A stretch of 64,000 nucleotides of DNA from the human T2T-CHM13v2.0 reference genome, Homo sapiens: NCBI RefSeq assembly GCF_009914755.1, contig NC_060937.1, one strand, 5' to 3'. Of the stretch, positions 1 through 12,669 are shown piece by piece. Numbering within the stretch: position 1 is the stretch's first letter; each line of letters begins with the position of its first letter. The position numbers and the translations under genes are program-made. Under the pieces are notes generated by a model, which had not been told where the DNA came from, searched no databases, and saw only the letters and a list, made by a program, of their open reading frames with translations.

Positions 1-659
1 TCACCCTCTCCCTTGAGAGTTTCAGTCTCAAAGCTGCCAGCAAATGGGTCTTGATGGAGACAAGTAGGAGACTGAGTATTTGGGTAGATGTCGTCATTTT
101 AAATCTCTGCTGGGAGGAAAAAAAAAACAACGAAAAAAATCAAAACAAAAGCCCTGTCAAACCGCATTATAGCCCTTCTCTACGTAATAACTAGGAGGTC
201 AGAGTTGCAAAATGCATAGAGAAGAAGTATTCCTGTTCTACGAGGACTTTTAGGACAGGAAGAAAAAGCCATACAAAATGAGAAAGGCCTTGTTAAGGCT
301 GGAAATGCTAACGTTTCACTGGTAGGTATCTGCTCTCGATGCAGTCTTCTCCATGGGTTCTGTGGTCCTTCTCCTCACCTTCCCACTGGCTGCATCCCCA
401 TCCTTCGTTTCCTCCTTGCTCTTTTGCTCAGGGTTGCCTTCTCTGCTTCTTAGTCACTTGTCCCATTTCTGTGGCTTCATTTCTGTCATTTTGTCCTTTC
501 TCTTTTGATATATCAGACCATGATCTGGTTTGAGTTCTTTGTGCACACATGTATGTGTGTTAGATATTAAAAAAAAGAAAGAAAAAAATATATATATAAT
601 GCAGTGGGCAAAAAGCCCTAGGGCAGTTTGGAAACAGACAACAGCCTCAGCCTACTGCT

Positions 660-1060
660 TCGCATTCAGTATCTTGCCTCATCCTGCAAAAATCCTATGG
701 AGCATTAATAGACCCAGTTTACAAATGAGGAACTGAGGCTCCCAGAGGTTGAGTAGCTTACCTGGGGTCACACAGGTGGTATACTGTGGAGCCATGGTCA
801 GCTCTACTGCTCACTCTTCATTTCAGAGTGTGTCTAGCTAAGGGTGCTGGAAGGGAAGTGAGCCTCGAGCAGTGGGGTAGCTTGGATTTTGGAAGCAGCA
901 CACCTGGGTTCATAAATTGGCTTCTTCATGGACTAGCTCTGTGACTTAGCCTTTCTGGGATTAATAATAGTGATTCTCAGAGGGTCATTGTAAGGATTAA
1001 ATGAGGCGATGGAGGAAAAGGTAGTGTGTCTGGCACATAGTAAATGCTTAATTAATGTAG
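660..1060. mobile_element. Two MIR SINE fragments (about 660-810 minus, about 880-1060 plus)
   Basis: MIR core motifs: 'tttacaaatgaggaactgaggctcccagaggtt' and 'cctgggttcataaattggcttc...ctgtgactt...taaggattaaatgag'. Confidence 0.7.
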
Positions 1061-1395
1061 CTAGGCCTGAAACCTAGGAGTCATCCTCAAATCTTCCCTT
1101 TTTCTCACATCCCACATCCAGTCCATCAGCAAGTCCTGTCAGCTCTACCTTCCATGTATCCAAACCTGGTCACTTCTCACCACCACCTCTTAACCTCAGT
1201 CCTCATCGCCTCTTACCAGGGAACTGAAACTTCCAACTGGCTCTGGGTTTCCACTCTTGTCCCCTTTGGCCAGGGCGATCCTGTTAAAATATAAGTCAGA
1301 TTACACTCTTCCAATGTTTGGAACCCTCTGAAGATATCCAATATTATTGCACAAAGTTAATAGCTGAGGCCCAACAATGGGATGCTCAAGCCCGA

Positions 1396-1552
1396 CAGCA
1401 GCACTTTACAAACTGTAATGTGCACATGAGCTACTGAAGATGTTGTGAAAGTGCAGCTCTGACTCAGTGGGTCTGGGGTAGAACCCAAGATTCTGCATTT
1501 CTATCAAGCACTCAGCTGCTGCTGCTGGTCCAAGACCCTAGTATTGAATAGC
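1396..1552. mobile_element. MER5A-like hAT-Charlie MITE
   Basis: 'ctgactcagtgggtctggggtagaacccaagattctgcatttct' matches the MER5A core. Confidence 0.7.
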
Positions 1553-1947
1553 CAGATGCCACATTATCTGCACTCCACCTCCACCTTATCTCCTCTGTTA
1601 TCCCCTTGCTAAACCTGCCCACCTTCATTGGCCTCCTTGTTGTGCCTCAACGCACCAAGTAGGTTCTACCTGAGGGCCTTTGAACGTCCTGTTTCTCTCT
1701 GTCTGGGAAATTCTATCTCCAGACACGTGATTAGCTCACTCCCTCACTTCCTTTAGGTATTGACTCCAATGTCACCCTCTCGGCAAAAGGTTGCCTGACA
1801 TCTGTTCTTAAAATTGCATAACCCACCCCCAGCAACACTATTGGTTTCCATTCTCTTTGCTTTTGTTCATAGACTACAACTTTCTAACATCATACATATC
1901 ATACTTATTTTGGTTTTTGTCAATCTTTCCCAGCTAGAAAGTAAGCC

Positions 1948-2974
1948 TTTTTTCAAAAGGTGAATTTATTTTTATATATTTGTCTTTAATTTTTTTAAGT
2001 GTTAGATTCAGGGGGTACCTGTACAGGTTTCTTACACGGGTGTATTGCATGATGCTGAGGTTTGGGCTTCTAATGATCCTGTCACCCAAGTAGTGAACAT
2101 AGTACCCGATAGGTAGCTTTTCAACCCTTGACCCACTCTTTCCCACCTTTTGGGATCCCCCATGTTTATTGTTCCCATCTTTGTGTCCTGTGTACTCAAT
2201 GTTTAGCTCCCACTTATAAGTGAAAACGTGGTATTTGGTTTCCTGTTTCTGCACTAATTTGCTTAGGATAATGGTCTCCAGCTGCATCCATGCCATGTCG
2301 CTGCAAAGGACATGGTTTCATCCTTTTTTATGGCTGTGTAGTATTCCATGGTGTATATGTACCACATTTTCTTTATCCAGTCTACCAGTGATGGGCACCT
2401 GAGTTGATTCCATGTTTTTGCTATTGTGAACAGTAGTAGGATGAACATATGAGTGCAAATGTCTTTTTGGGAGAAGGATGTATTTTCTTTTGGGTATATA
2501 CCCAGTCATGGGATTGCCAGGTTGAATGATAGTTCTATTTTTAATTCTTTGAGGAATGTCCAAACTGCTTTCCACAGGGGCTGAAATAAGTTACATTCCC
2601 ACCAACAGTGTATGAGTTATTCCCTTAACAACCTCACCAACATCTGTTATTTTTTTACTTTTTAGCAATAGCCATTCTGACTGGTGCGAGGTGGTATCTC
2701 ATTGTGGTTTTGTGTCTAATCATCTCTCTGATGATTAGTGATGTTGAGCATTTTTTCATGTGTTTGTTGGTTGCATGTATGTCTTCTTTTGAGAATTGTC
2801 TTTTCATGTACTTTGCCCACTTTATAACCAAGTTAGCTTATTGGTTTGTTTAAGTTTCTTATAGTTTCTGGGTACTAATCCTTTGCTGGATGCATAGTTT
2901 AGAAATATTTTCTCCCATTCTGCAGTTTGTCTGTTTGCTCTGTCAATAGTTTCTTTTGCTGTGCAGAGGCTCTC
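1948..2974 (-). mobile_element. 5'-truncated L1PB-type LINE-1 (ORF2 end plus 3'UTR)
   Basis: Minus-strand ORFs read WIKKMWYIYTMEYYTAIKK and WMQLETIILSK (L1 ORF2 C-terminus). T-rich tail at left; degenerate TSD agaaagtaagcc (1936) / agaaagcaagct (2975). Confidence 0.9.
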
Positions 2975-3199
2975 AGAAAGCAAGCTTGATGAGGTCACAC
3001 AGCCTTGTCTCTTTGTTCAGTGCTGTAGATCCTCAGCTACAAGAAGAGTGCCTGGTATATAAAAGACATTCAATAAATACATGTCAATCAAATTATTATT
3101 ATTATTATTTTATTCCTGCTGTCCAGATAGCACTGGACCAAGTCCCCTCAAAACAAAACAAAAATGAAAAATGAAAACCAAAAAAACAACAAAAAACCC

Positions 3200-3555
3200 T
3201 GTCTTGTTCCATTCAGGCTACTATAACAAAATATCTTGGGCTGGGTAACTTACAAATAGCAGAAATTGTTGTCCACAGTTCTGGAGGCCGAGAAGTCCAA
3301 GATCAAGGCACTGGAAGATTCATGTATAATGAGGAGGGTTCCTCGTGGTTGGTGCCTCTATGTGTCCTCACAGGGTGGGAGAAAAGGAGCAAATAGGCTC
3401 TCTCAAGCTATGAATAAGGGCATTCATCCCATGCATGAGGATGGAGCCCTCATGATCTAATCACCTCCCAAAGACCTCACGTCTTAATACTATCACATTG
3501 GGGATTAAGTTTCAACATGAATTTGGGGGGAAAAACATGCATTCAGATCATAGGA
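3200..3555 (-). mobile_element. MLT1A/MST-type MaLR solo LTR
   Basis: 'cacagttctggaggccgagaagtccaagatcaagg' and 'ctaatcacctcccaaag...ttggggattaagtttcaacatgaattt'. Confidence 0.8.
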
Positions 3556-3931
3556 TGCCCTCCCCCTTCCCCCCAAAAAAACAATTGGCAGGTCCTCTGC
3601 CATCCCACAGGCATTCAGTGATTTCTCTGTAAATTGAGTTTCTGTACTTTCATTTAAAAGCAAAAGCTTGCTTCTGTCTGATATAGTTCTACGGTGTGTG
3701 CTGGGTCAGTTGTTGAGAGTTGAGGCAGAATGTAAAATCCTGAGCAGAGACTGTGTGGGGAGACAAATTACAAGGTGCAGCTGGATGGCCAGGCTCAACT
3801 GCCTCAGTCTTGCATACAGAGCATGTTTTAACGTCGTCTCCAGTTTCATTTCTCTGTTCTACTCTTAGGTCTATTCCCCAGACCAAGCCTGAGTCCTGGT
3901 TGCTCAGCGGGGCTGCCCAGGTTGGGAGGAG

Positions 3932-4315
3932 CCTTACACCCATCTGGTTGCTCCAGATCTTGGTCCTGAGTTAGGACCACCTTAGACCCGTCTGGTTTCT
4001 CCAGATCTTGGTCCTGAGTTAGGACCACCTTAGACCCGTCTGGTTTCTCCAGATCTTGGTCCTGAGTTAGGACCACCTTAGACCCGTCTGGTTTCTCCAG
4101 ATCTTGGTCCTGAGTTAGGACCACCTTAGACCCGTCTGGTTTCTCCAGATCTTGGTCCTGAGTTAGGACCACCTTAGACCCGTCTGGTTTCTCCAGATCT
4201 TGGTCCTGAGTTAGGACCACCTTAGACCCGTCTGGTTTCTCCAGATCTTGGTCCTGAGTTAGGACCACCTTAGACCCGTCTGGTTTCTCCAGATCTTGGT
4301 CCTGAGTTAGGACCA
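3932..4315. repeat. 48-bp VNTR: 7 identical units plus 1 diverged unit
   Basis: Unit ccaccttagacccgtctggtttctccagatcttggtcctgagttagga starts at 3977, 4025, 4073, 4121, 4169, 4217 and 4265; diverged copy at 3932-3976. Confidence 0.98.
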
Positions 4316-4719
4316 GACTCTTGTCAGGTAGCCCTTTGGCTTCCCGAGAGAGAACGTTCTTGGTCTCCCACTCACAAGGCGTACCCCCAACTTAATACCT
4401 TTCCTGGATTCTTTCTATCCCCTTGGTGGTGACTTGTTTTCAAGCATTCCTAACTGCATGTTCTAACATTCTCTAATTAATGATGATGAGGCTTCCCTGG
4501 CTGCAATCAGATCATGTTCATTTTTTATTTCGCTTCCTTAGTGAATCAGCTTCCTCGTGTCTTTTTCTCCATGTCCTATCTCAGACAGATACATACTGAG
4601 GTAGTATTTTGGGATCAATTTCTCTGTAGAATATGCATAGGGTTTTCCCTGTCTTTACTTTTGTTGTGAGTCATCTCCCACAACGTTCTAGCCATAATGT
4701 CCAACTAAAAGTGCTGTCT

Positions 4720-5105
4720 TTTTCTATGTATTTATTTATTTGTGGCAAGAGCACCTGCCGCAAGATCTATCCTCTTAACAGTTTTAAGTGCACAATACAG
4801 TATTGTTAACTGTAGACACAGTGCTGTACAGCAGATCTCTAGAACTTATTCATCTCGCACAGCTAACACTTTATACCCATCGAAAGTCAACTCTCCATTC
4901 CCCCTCCCCCCAGCCCTTGATAACTACTCTTCTACTCTCTGTTGCCATGAGTTTGACTATTTCAGATATCCCATATAAGTGGAATCATGCAAAGGATTTG
5001 AATAGACATTTCTCCAAAGAAGACATGCAAATGGCCAACAGTCGTATGAGAAAATAATCAACACTGCTAAACATCAGGGAAATGCAAGTCAAAGCCACAA
5101 TGAGA
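4720..5105. mobile_element. Old L1M (L1MA/MB): 3' end on minus (4720-4990) joined to an inverted ORF2 piece on plus (4990-5105)
   Basis: 'gtacagcagatctctagaacttattcatct...gtggaatcatgc' followed directly by 'aaaggatttgaatagacatttctccaaagaagac' (KDLNRHFSKED). Confidence 0.8.
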
Positions 5106-5199
5106 AAGGCTAATTCCTTGACTCTATAAAATGACACATTGTTTTTCTAATAAATTTCCATTTTCTTTAACTTTGCTTGAGTTGGGTTCTACCACTTAC

Positions 5200-5430
5200 A
5201 ATAATAATAACACCAATAATTTAATTAAACTAAGTGCTTAATATGTGCCAGGTACTTCATATTTAGATAACTTTCAATCCTAGAGTAATCCACTTTACAG
5301 ATAAAGAAATGGAAGCATGAAAAGAGAGGTTAAGAAACTTGCCCAAGTCACTTGGCCAGTAAGCAGTAGAGGCAGGATTTGAATATGCAATCTGATGCCA
5401 AGGCCTACATCCTCAACCACAGTGATGTAG
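5200..5430 (-). mobile_element. MIR SINE
   Basis: 'aagtgcttaatatgtgccagg...ttacagataaagaaatggaagc...acttgcccaagtcac'. Confidence 0.75.
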
Positions 5431-6265
5431 ACCCTCTCCCAAAAGGAGCATGGTGTCTCTCCTGTGGGCAGCCTCTCAGCATCTCTCCTTTAGGACGGAT
5501 TCTCACAGGTGTAACTTGTATCTGATCTTAACCATACAGGAACAATACAGAATAAGGGCAGGCATCATTTGTTCCCCAAGAATATCTTTGAGTTCTAGAT
5601 GAAAACATAGAGAAGGAGAGAAACTCCATGAACAAACTTGTGCCACCATGATTACGCCTATTGTTTCAGATGCATTTCTTTTAAAATGATAGGACACTAG
5701 CCTGCCTCAAAGTCCTATTAAAGGCAAATCCAGAAGTAAAATAGCTTCGGTTATACCTGTGGTTTGACATACCTCAGCTTCTCTGGTCCCTAGCCCTCTC
5801 TTCCATCAGCCAAAAGCTTCTGTAGCATGGAAAATACCAGGGAAAAAAAGAATTCCACTAGACAGGAAGAGAAAGGCATTAGCTGTCATTTAAGGGAATT
5901 GAAGAATTAGGTCCCATGAGAATGCTAGTAAAAGTCTTGGTTAAAAATAAAAACATTTATCTTGGTACTAATAGATAGAGGGGTGGGCCTGAAACTCACC
6001 TAAGTGTCTGAATAAAGATGAGCATTTTCCTGGCAGGAGACACAGAATTCTTTATTGATAGTTATCTGTGGCAGCAAAGTTTGTGCTGCCTCCAGCCAGC
6101 CCAGAGAGAGGGCTTTTGGAGACACAAATGGTCAGGGGCTGGCTTAGAGGGGACTGGGCATTGAGACTAGAGACGTAAGCTAGGTAGGATGGCAGTGTAT
6201 TATCAATCTTGCTCATGGTCAGTGAGCAATTAGATGTACTTTAGCTGATTATAGCAGATGCTCAA

Positions 6266-6394
6266 TTTTTTTCACTTTTTCAGAGATAGGGTCTTGCTAT
6301 GTTGCCCAGGCTGGCCTCAAACTCCTGGCCTCAAACAATCCCTTCACCTCAATCTCCCGAGGAGCTAGGATTACAGGCGCCACCTCATCTGGCC
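6266..6394 (-). mobile_element. Alu monomer (FLAM-like)
   Basis: 'gagatagggtcttgctatgttgcccaggctggcctcaaactcctgg'; only one arm present. Confidence 0.8.
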
Positions 6395-6527
6395 CTCAAA
6401 TAGTTTTGAATACCTTAAAAATAAAAATCGCTTCAATGTATTGAGCACTCGCTATGCCAAGGACTGAGCTGAGTGTTTTGCTTATCTAAATGCCTCTCCC
6501 AAAAGGGAGATGCGTCGACCATCCTTC

Positions 6528-7240
6528 TGCAATGGTCAGTTTGACGTGTCCACTTGGCTAGAGTATTACCACCCAGTTATGGAGTCAAATATTATCTAGG
6601 TGTTGCTGTGGAAATGTGGTTTGTAGATGTGGTTAACATCTACCATCAGTTGATTTTAAGTAAGGGGGATTAAAAGGGTGGGCCTCAGCCATCAAGTGAA
6701 AGGCCTTATGAGCAAAACCCAACGTTTCTCATAGGAGAAGAAATTCTCCCTCAAGGCTGCAGTATCAACTCCTGCCTGAGTGTCTAGCCTGCAGGCCTGC
6801 CCTATAGACTGCAGTCTTGCTAGGCCCCATAATCTTTTTTCCTTTCTTTTTTTTTTTTTTAGACAGAGTTTTGCTCTCGTTGCCCAGGCTCACTGCAACC
6901 TCCGCCTCCCAGGTTCAAGCAATATTCCTGCCTCAGTCTCCCAAGTAGCTGGGATTACAGGCATGCGCCACCACGCCCGGCTAATTTTGTATTTTTGGCA
7001 GAGATGTGGTTTCACCATGGTGGTCAGGCTGGTCTCGAACTTCTGACCTCAGGTGATCCGCCGGCCTTGGCCTCCCAAAGTGCTGGGATCACAGACGTGA
7101 ACCACCGCACCTGGCCTTAGGCCCCATAATCTTGTGAGCCAATTCCTTAAAACCAATTTCTTATATATAAAAGACACACACACACACACACACACACTCC
7201 TCCTATTGGCTCTGTTTTTTTTGGAGAACCCTGACTGATA
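6528..7240 (+). mobile_element. MLT2-type ERVL solo LTR containing an Alu and a (CA)n tract
   Basis: Start 'tgcaatggtcagtttgacgtgtccacttggcta'; end 'tcctattggctctgttt...ggagaaccctgactgatata'. Confidence 0.8.
6837..7116 (-). mobile_element. AluS with 16-bp TSD and an internal deletion
   Basis: Alu body; TSD taggccccataatctt at 6821 and 7118. Confidence 0.95.
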
Positions 7241-10200
7241 TATCTTCTAACAATCCTATAATTATTTTCATTTTGCAATTGAGGAATTTGAGCCTCAGAG
7301 ATGTTAGGAGACTTGTTCACAATCACACAGCTAGTAAAAGGTAGGGCTATGCCAGTTTCTAAGATCTGTACTTTTTAATGTCACAATACATGGACTCACG
7401 AGGATAGCTGAAATCCAAGAAGCCCAGCCAGGGCGTTGTGGAGAAATGAGTGCTCAAATACATGTCACCTCTGCCGTCATCTGCAGAAAAGTTCCCAGGA
7501 GTCTGGGTTGATGTACAAGTAAAATTCTTGAAGTACAGTTCTCAGAGAACCAGCTTCTTCACAACCTTGACATCACTAACAACCCATTGCTGGCCTGCTG
7601 CTGTGCTGGCACCCTCGGCTTTTCTCACCCAAGCTAATCGTGTGTGCATTCTGGCTGCCTGGGCCGCCTGCCTCTCTGTGAGTACCTGGGCCACGGTGCT
7701 GCATGGCTGCTGGGTGCTTCAGTGTAAGAGTTGCCTGGTCTGCCTCCTGCATTTCAGTCTAGAAGACAGACCATGTGTAATCTTGCTCACCAGCAAATTC
7801 CAAGCATGCAGCTCAGAGCTAGCCACATAGTCTACTTCATCAAACTGTGCAGAAGGAAGGCATGAATGGCTGCTGTGACATTTCCACTTTGCAGGTTGAT
7901 TTGAACTTTGTCTCCATCCTACATTTTTTCAAAGGTTCTTAAAAGAGGCCAATAGCCCCATGACCTGAAGTCATTACAAATCTAGAGCTTGGATCTCAGC
8001 TGCAGGATTAGCTGCCAATGAATGAATGGACAGCCTGCTGCCTGTTATCAGCGAAGTGCCCAGTGCCTTCTTGTGCTGGCCAGGAAGACACAGCTTGAGA
8101 ACATCACCGTCACTCCTGGGTGGTCTCCTCACAGGAAGTCCACGCTCACACCATGCCCCTTGGAGCATGCTGTCAGAATCAATAAGCTAGAGATGAATTT
8201 GCAAAGACCTGTCATTTCACGTGTAACAGGAGCAAACCTTTAGGAAATGAGCATTCCTTTAGACTCAGTAGACATCCGCAGGACAGGCAGAAACTGGCAT
8301 TTAGGATAAATTGAGCTGGGCTAGAAAGGGCTGGGGAGAGCCAGATGTTTATCACGTGAATGTCAGGCTGTCACCCTGAAACAGCTGGGGAATTCTCACT
8401 GAGCTGAGTGATCTGGTGTAACATGTAAAATCATGATAGAAATAAAAAGAATCCTGGCTTGGGATTGGATGATCTAGACAAGTCCTGAAACCTTCCAGGC
8501 CTTCATTTCATTATCAGGGTAATCGGTCATCAGTGACATCCCTGGATTTTTGAGATAGGATTGCCTCGAACCTCTGCTTCTACAGCTTCAAGGTCTAAAG
8601 TCCTTGCTGCATTTGTGCAAAGCCCTGGAAGCTTCACTCTCGGCTCCCTCCTTCTCTCCCTTCTTGTGGGTGCTGCCTCCCTTTCACTGGGCACCAAACT
8701 AGACCCAAAACTCAGCACCTTTGCTTGTTTCCTCTCATGGAATCCATCCACTCTTGTAAAAATCTGCAAACCACAAGATGAGTATCCCAGCTAGGCAAAG
8801 GGTTTCATCGTGTCTGGGTGGTGAGTATATGGGGCCCACAGCTGGCCTCCAGGCACTGCTGCGGTGTCTTTGAGTCCCACAGCCTCACACTGATGCCACC
8901 CCCACCTCCGCCAATCTCCAGCACCACACCTGAGACCCTTGAACTCCTGATGTGCCTGAAACCAGAGAAGTTCCTCACCACCCTCTTGTCTTACACCCTG
9001 CATGGGGCACCAGGATCCCTTCTTTGTGTGCTCACATCTCTGAGAGGGTTTGGCTAAACAATCAGTCCACTGAGACGCTGGCCTGGGGACAAACCTGCTG
9101 TCCACTGCCAGGCCATGTGGAGGAGCTCGCCTGCCTCTGACCACAGAGCCATGCAGGACCCATCTGGCTTCCTCTTCTCCTGCAGGGTTTTTTCTCTCGA
9201 GGTTCCTCAGTGGCTTGGTGAATGCAGCTATGGTTATGGTCCTGTTCTCCAGACAAGTGGATGAATCGGGAGTGGATGTAGCTAAAGGTTGAGCAGCGAT
9301 CTCCACTGTGAAGGAACAAGTGAGTTCTGTATGCTTGAACATCAGGAAGCCTGATTCATGTGCGTTCCAGAACACACCAGCCAGTGATCTTAGGCAAGTC
9401 ACTCACTTTGCTGAGCCTCAGTTTCCACTTAAAATGGCCATAAGGGCATGTTTTCTATTTATTTCACAGTTTGTATGAAGCGCAAATGAGCACACATGTG
9501 TGAAAGAACATAATTTATTTTGCACACAGTCTTCATATAGGGTGTTACAAAAACACAAAACATACAAAAGGAGCCTATCTCTAAATTTTCAGATTGGAGA
9601 TTCTCCCCCGATGTCTGCCTGGAACAAAGGTATGTTGGGGATGAGCTCTAATTTTGCCCCTTTTATTGAGGGAGAGTCAGAATAAAATTCCAAACTTGCC
9701 CACATAGGCAGGAAGCTGAAAGCATTCCTTAACGCTGTCAGTGCTCGGTCAGATTCTCATCGAAAAAGCGTTTAAGCAGCATGACTGAGTTTTAGGTGGT
9801 TTTCTAAGGTTGAGATGACATGCACCTGATGTTGAGTTTCTGCAGCTTTTTGTCATGATGGCAATGTCCTTCCTTGCTGAGCCGAGGCTGTGTGTCTGGG
9901 GAGCAGTGTCGTGCAGGTAGCCTCACAGTTTACCACTTCAACCAACCCATGTAATGTAGTCAGACAAGCAACAGGAGGGTTGCCTGAGCTTCCCCCTGAG
10001 TTGGGGTATCACCCTGGCGTCCATGGGCCCGTTGTTGTTCCTGACTTCCCCATGCATGCTGATTCCTTCTCAGATTTCTCAGCTAGGTCTGTCTCCTGAG
10101 CCCTTGCATTTCCCTCGGCACTGTCTGTGAGCACAGTGGTTCTACTTAGTCTATGTTTCTTTATCTTTGGTGTGTTCTGTTCCCTCAATTCTTAGGACAG

Positions 10201-10276
10201 GAAATCAAGATTTGGTTTAGCAGTGTTAAGTATGAGATGTTCTTTAGGCATCCAAGCTAAGTAGGCAGTTAAATAT

Positions 10277-10850
10277 AGTATTACTGATTTACTGCTGTGT
10301 AACAAATTATTCCTAAACTCAGTGGCTTAAAACAACAAATAATATCTTACAGTTTCTGTAGGGGAAGCCATCTGAGTGTGGCTTAGCTGGGTCTTACCTT
10401 TAGGTCCATTCCCCAGACTGAGCCAGCACTGATGGCTCAGCTTATCTGCTTAGGAGTTAGCTGCAACCTGTTTGGTTCAGGGTATCTCACAGACTGAACT
10501 TGAGGAGCTGTGATCTTATCTGAAGGTTCTTCTGGGGCGGATCTGTTTCTGAGCTCATGCATGTGGCTATTGGCAGGATTGGGTTCCTCCTAGGCTGTTG
10601 GACTGAGGGCCTCAGGCCCTCGCTAGCTGTTGGCTGGAGGCTGTCCCCAGTTCCTTGGCATGCGAGACTCTCCCCAGAGTGGCTCACAGCGCAGTAGCCG
10701 ACCTTCATGAGAGTGAGCAAGTGGGAGAGCAAGAGAGGGCCAGCAAGACAGAGGCCTAATCTCGGAAGCAATCCAGCCCACCCTCAGGAAGCAGTGTGAA
10801 CACCAGGCAGTGAGGAAGATGGGAGTCATCTCAGGGGCCGCCTAGCACAG
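10277..10850 (-). mobile_element. MLT1 (E/F/G-type) MaLR LTR
   Basis: 'gtaacaaattattcctaaactcagtggcttaaaacaacaa...cttacagtttctg' and 'tgttggactgagggcctcag...gctgttggctggaggctg'. Confidence 0.75.
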
Positions 10851-11870
10851 CACACAAGCCTGACGTTCTGGGGAGGTGGCTGGGCTCCGAACAGACATTG
10901 GCAAGCTGTCAGGTCACCTAGAGGTGCAATAACAGGAGTGAATGTCCAAAGAAAAGAGGTCCTTGGCCTGAGCCCTGGATCCTCCAGCCTTTAGGAATAG
11001 GAATCCTGGAAGGAACAAACAATGGAGTGAGAGAAGGAGGGTCAGGGAGGTCTGACAGCTAGTACTGGCTGAGGCTAATTAGAAATGACCACTAAGAAAT
11101 GGAAATTGAAGTGAAGGGATTGGGAAAACAGACCACAATTCTTCAAGAGGTTGCCTACTAAAAAGAGGAGCCCTTTCCCAATCTTCAGAACTCAGCAGAC
11201 CTCTCCTCTTCCCTCCTCCACCCTGGCACAGTAAACAATGGACCTATCAGGTGGCCATCCTGTCCTCCTGCGTCTCCTCTTAACTTAAGGCTGGCAGGGG
11301 AGTCCTAAACTTCTGGGAAATGGGGAAGAACCTTGAGGGAGGTCAGGCAGTACAAACCAGGAAGCATCTGCAGGAGAGAGAAAGGTTAGCGGCTCCAGCA
11401 AATCATTTCCCCAGGATTTTGATCAGTGTGTTTAGGCCCCAGCAGGCAGAACCGGCTGGCTGAGTCAGCACCAGCACACTGTGGAGCAAACAGCCTGACT
11501 TTTCTCTGAGTTCCCCCAGAGCTAAACTGCCGGCCAGGCAGTCAAATGAGAAAAGGTGCAATTGAGCAAATAGAAACAAAGAAGAGAAATAACGACAGCC
11601 AGGCTAGTGAATTAGCAGCAGCAGCGTGTGGTCTGTTTCCTGTCTTCCAAGACATTCCCTGGGCTTTAGTATACTAGGCGTTCACTCATTCGTTCATTTA
11701 TTCAGTAAATTCATTCACTGAGCATCTGAGTGCCTCAAGTCCATCGTAGGTGCTGAAAGAGCATGGTAAGCAGAAGTCAACAATGGCCTTGTCCTCAAGG
11801 AACTTACAGTCTAGAAAGGGAGACAGCTGTGAATCCATGGTCACATGGATACATAAAAATTAGATTAGTG

Positions 11871-12669
<799 letters not shown>

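Larger units (their letters stand above)
1060..3090 (+). mobile_element. L2 LINE 3' region, interrupted by MER5A and an L1PB
   Basis: L2 motifs 'cctaggagtcatcctc...cacatccagtccatcagcaagtcctgtcagctctacc'; L2 tail 'gtgcctggtat...caataaatacatg' resumes after 2975. Confidence 0.7.

Noticed and set aside
1934-2575. ORFs with L1 ORF2 similarity as a functional gene
   Set aside because: Frameshifted fragments of a truncated L1PB.
3932-4315. 48-bp array as a CRISPR array or a repeat-protein gene (140-aa ORF)
   Set aside because: Units are contiguous with no unique spacers and no cas genes; the context is mammalian; the ORF has no AUG and is a by-product of the VNTR.
8791-9402. 203-aa minus-strand ORF
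   Set aside because: GTG start within a MIR-like region, no recognisable homology and no exon support.
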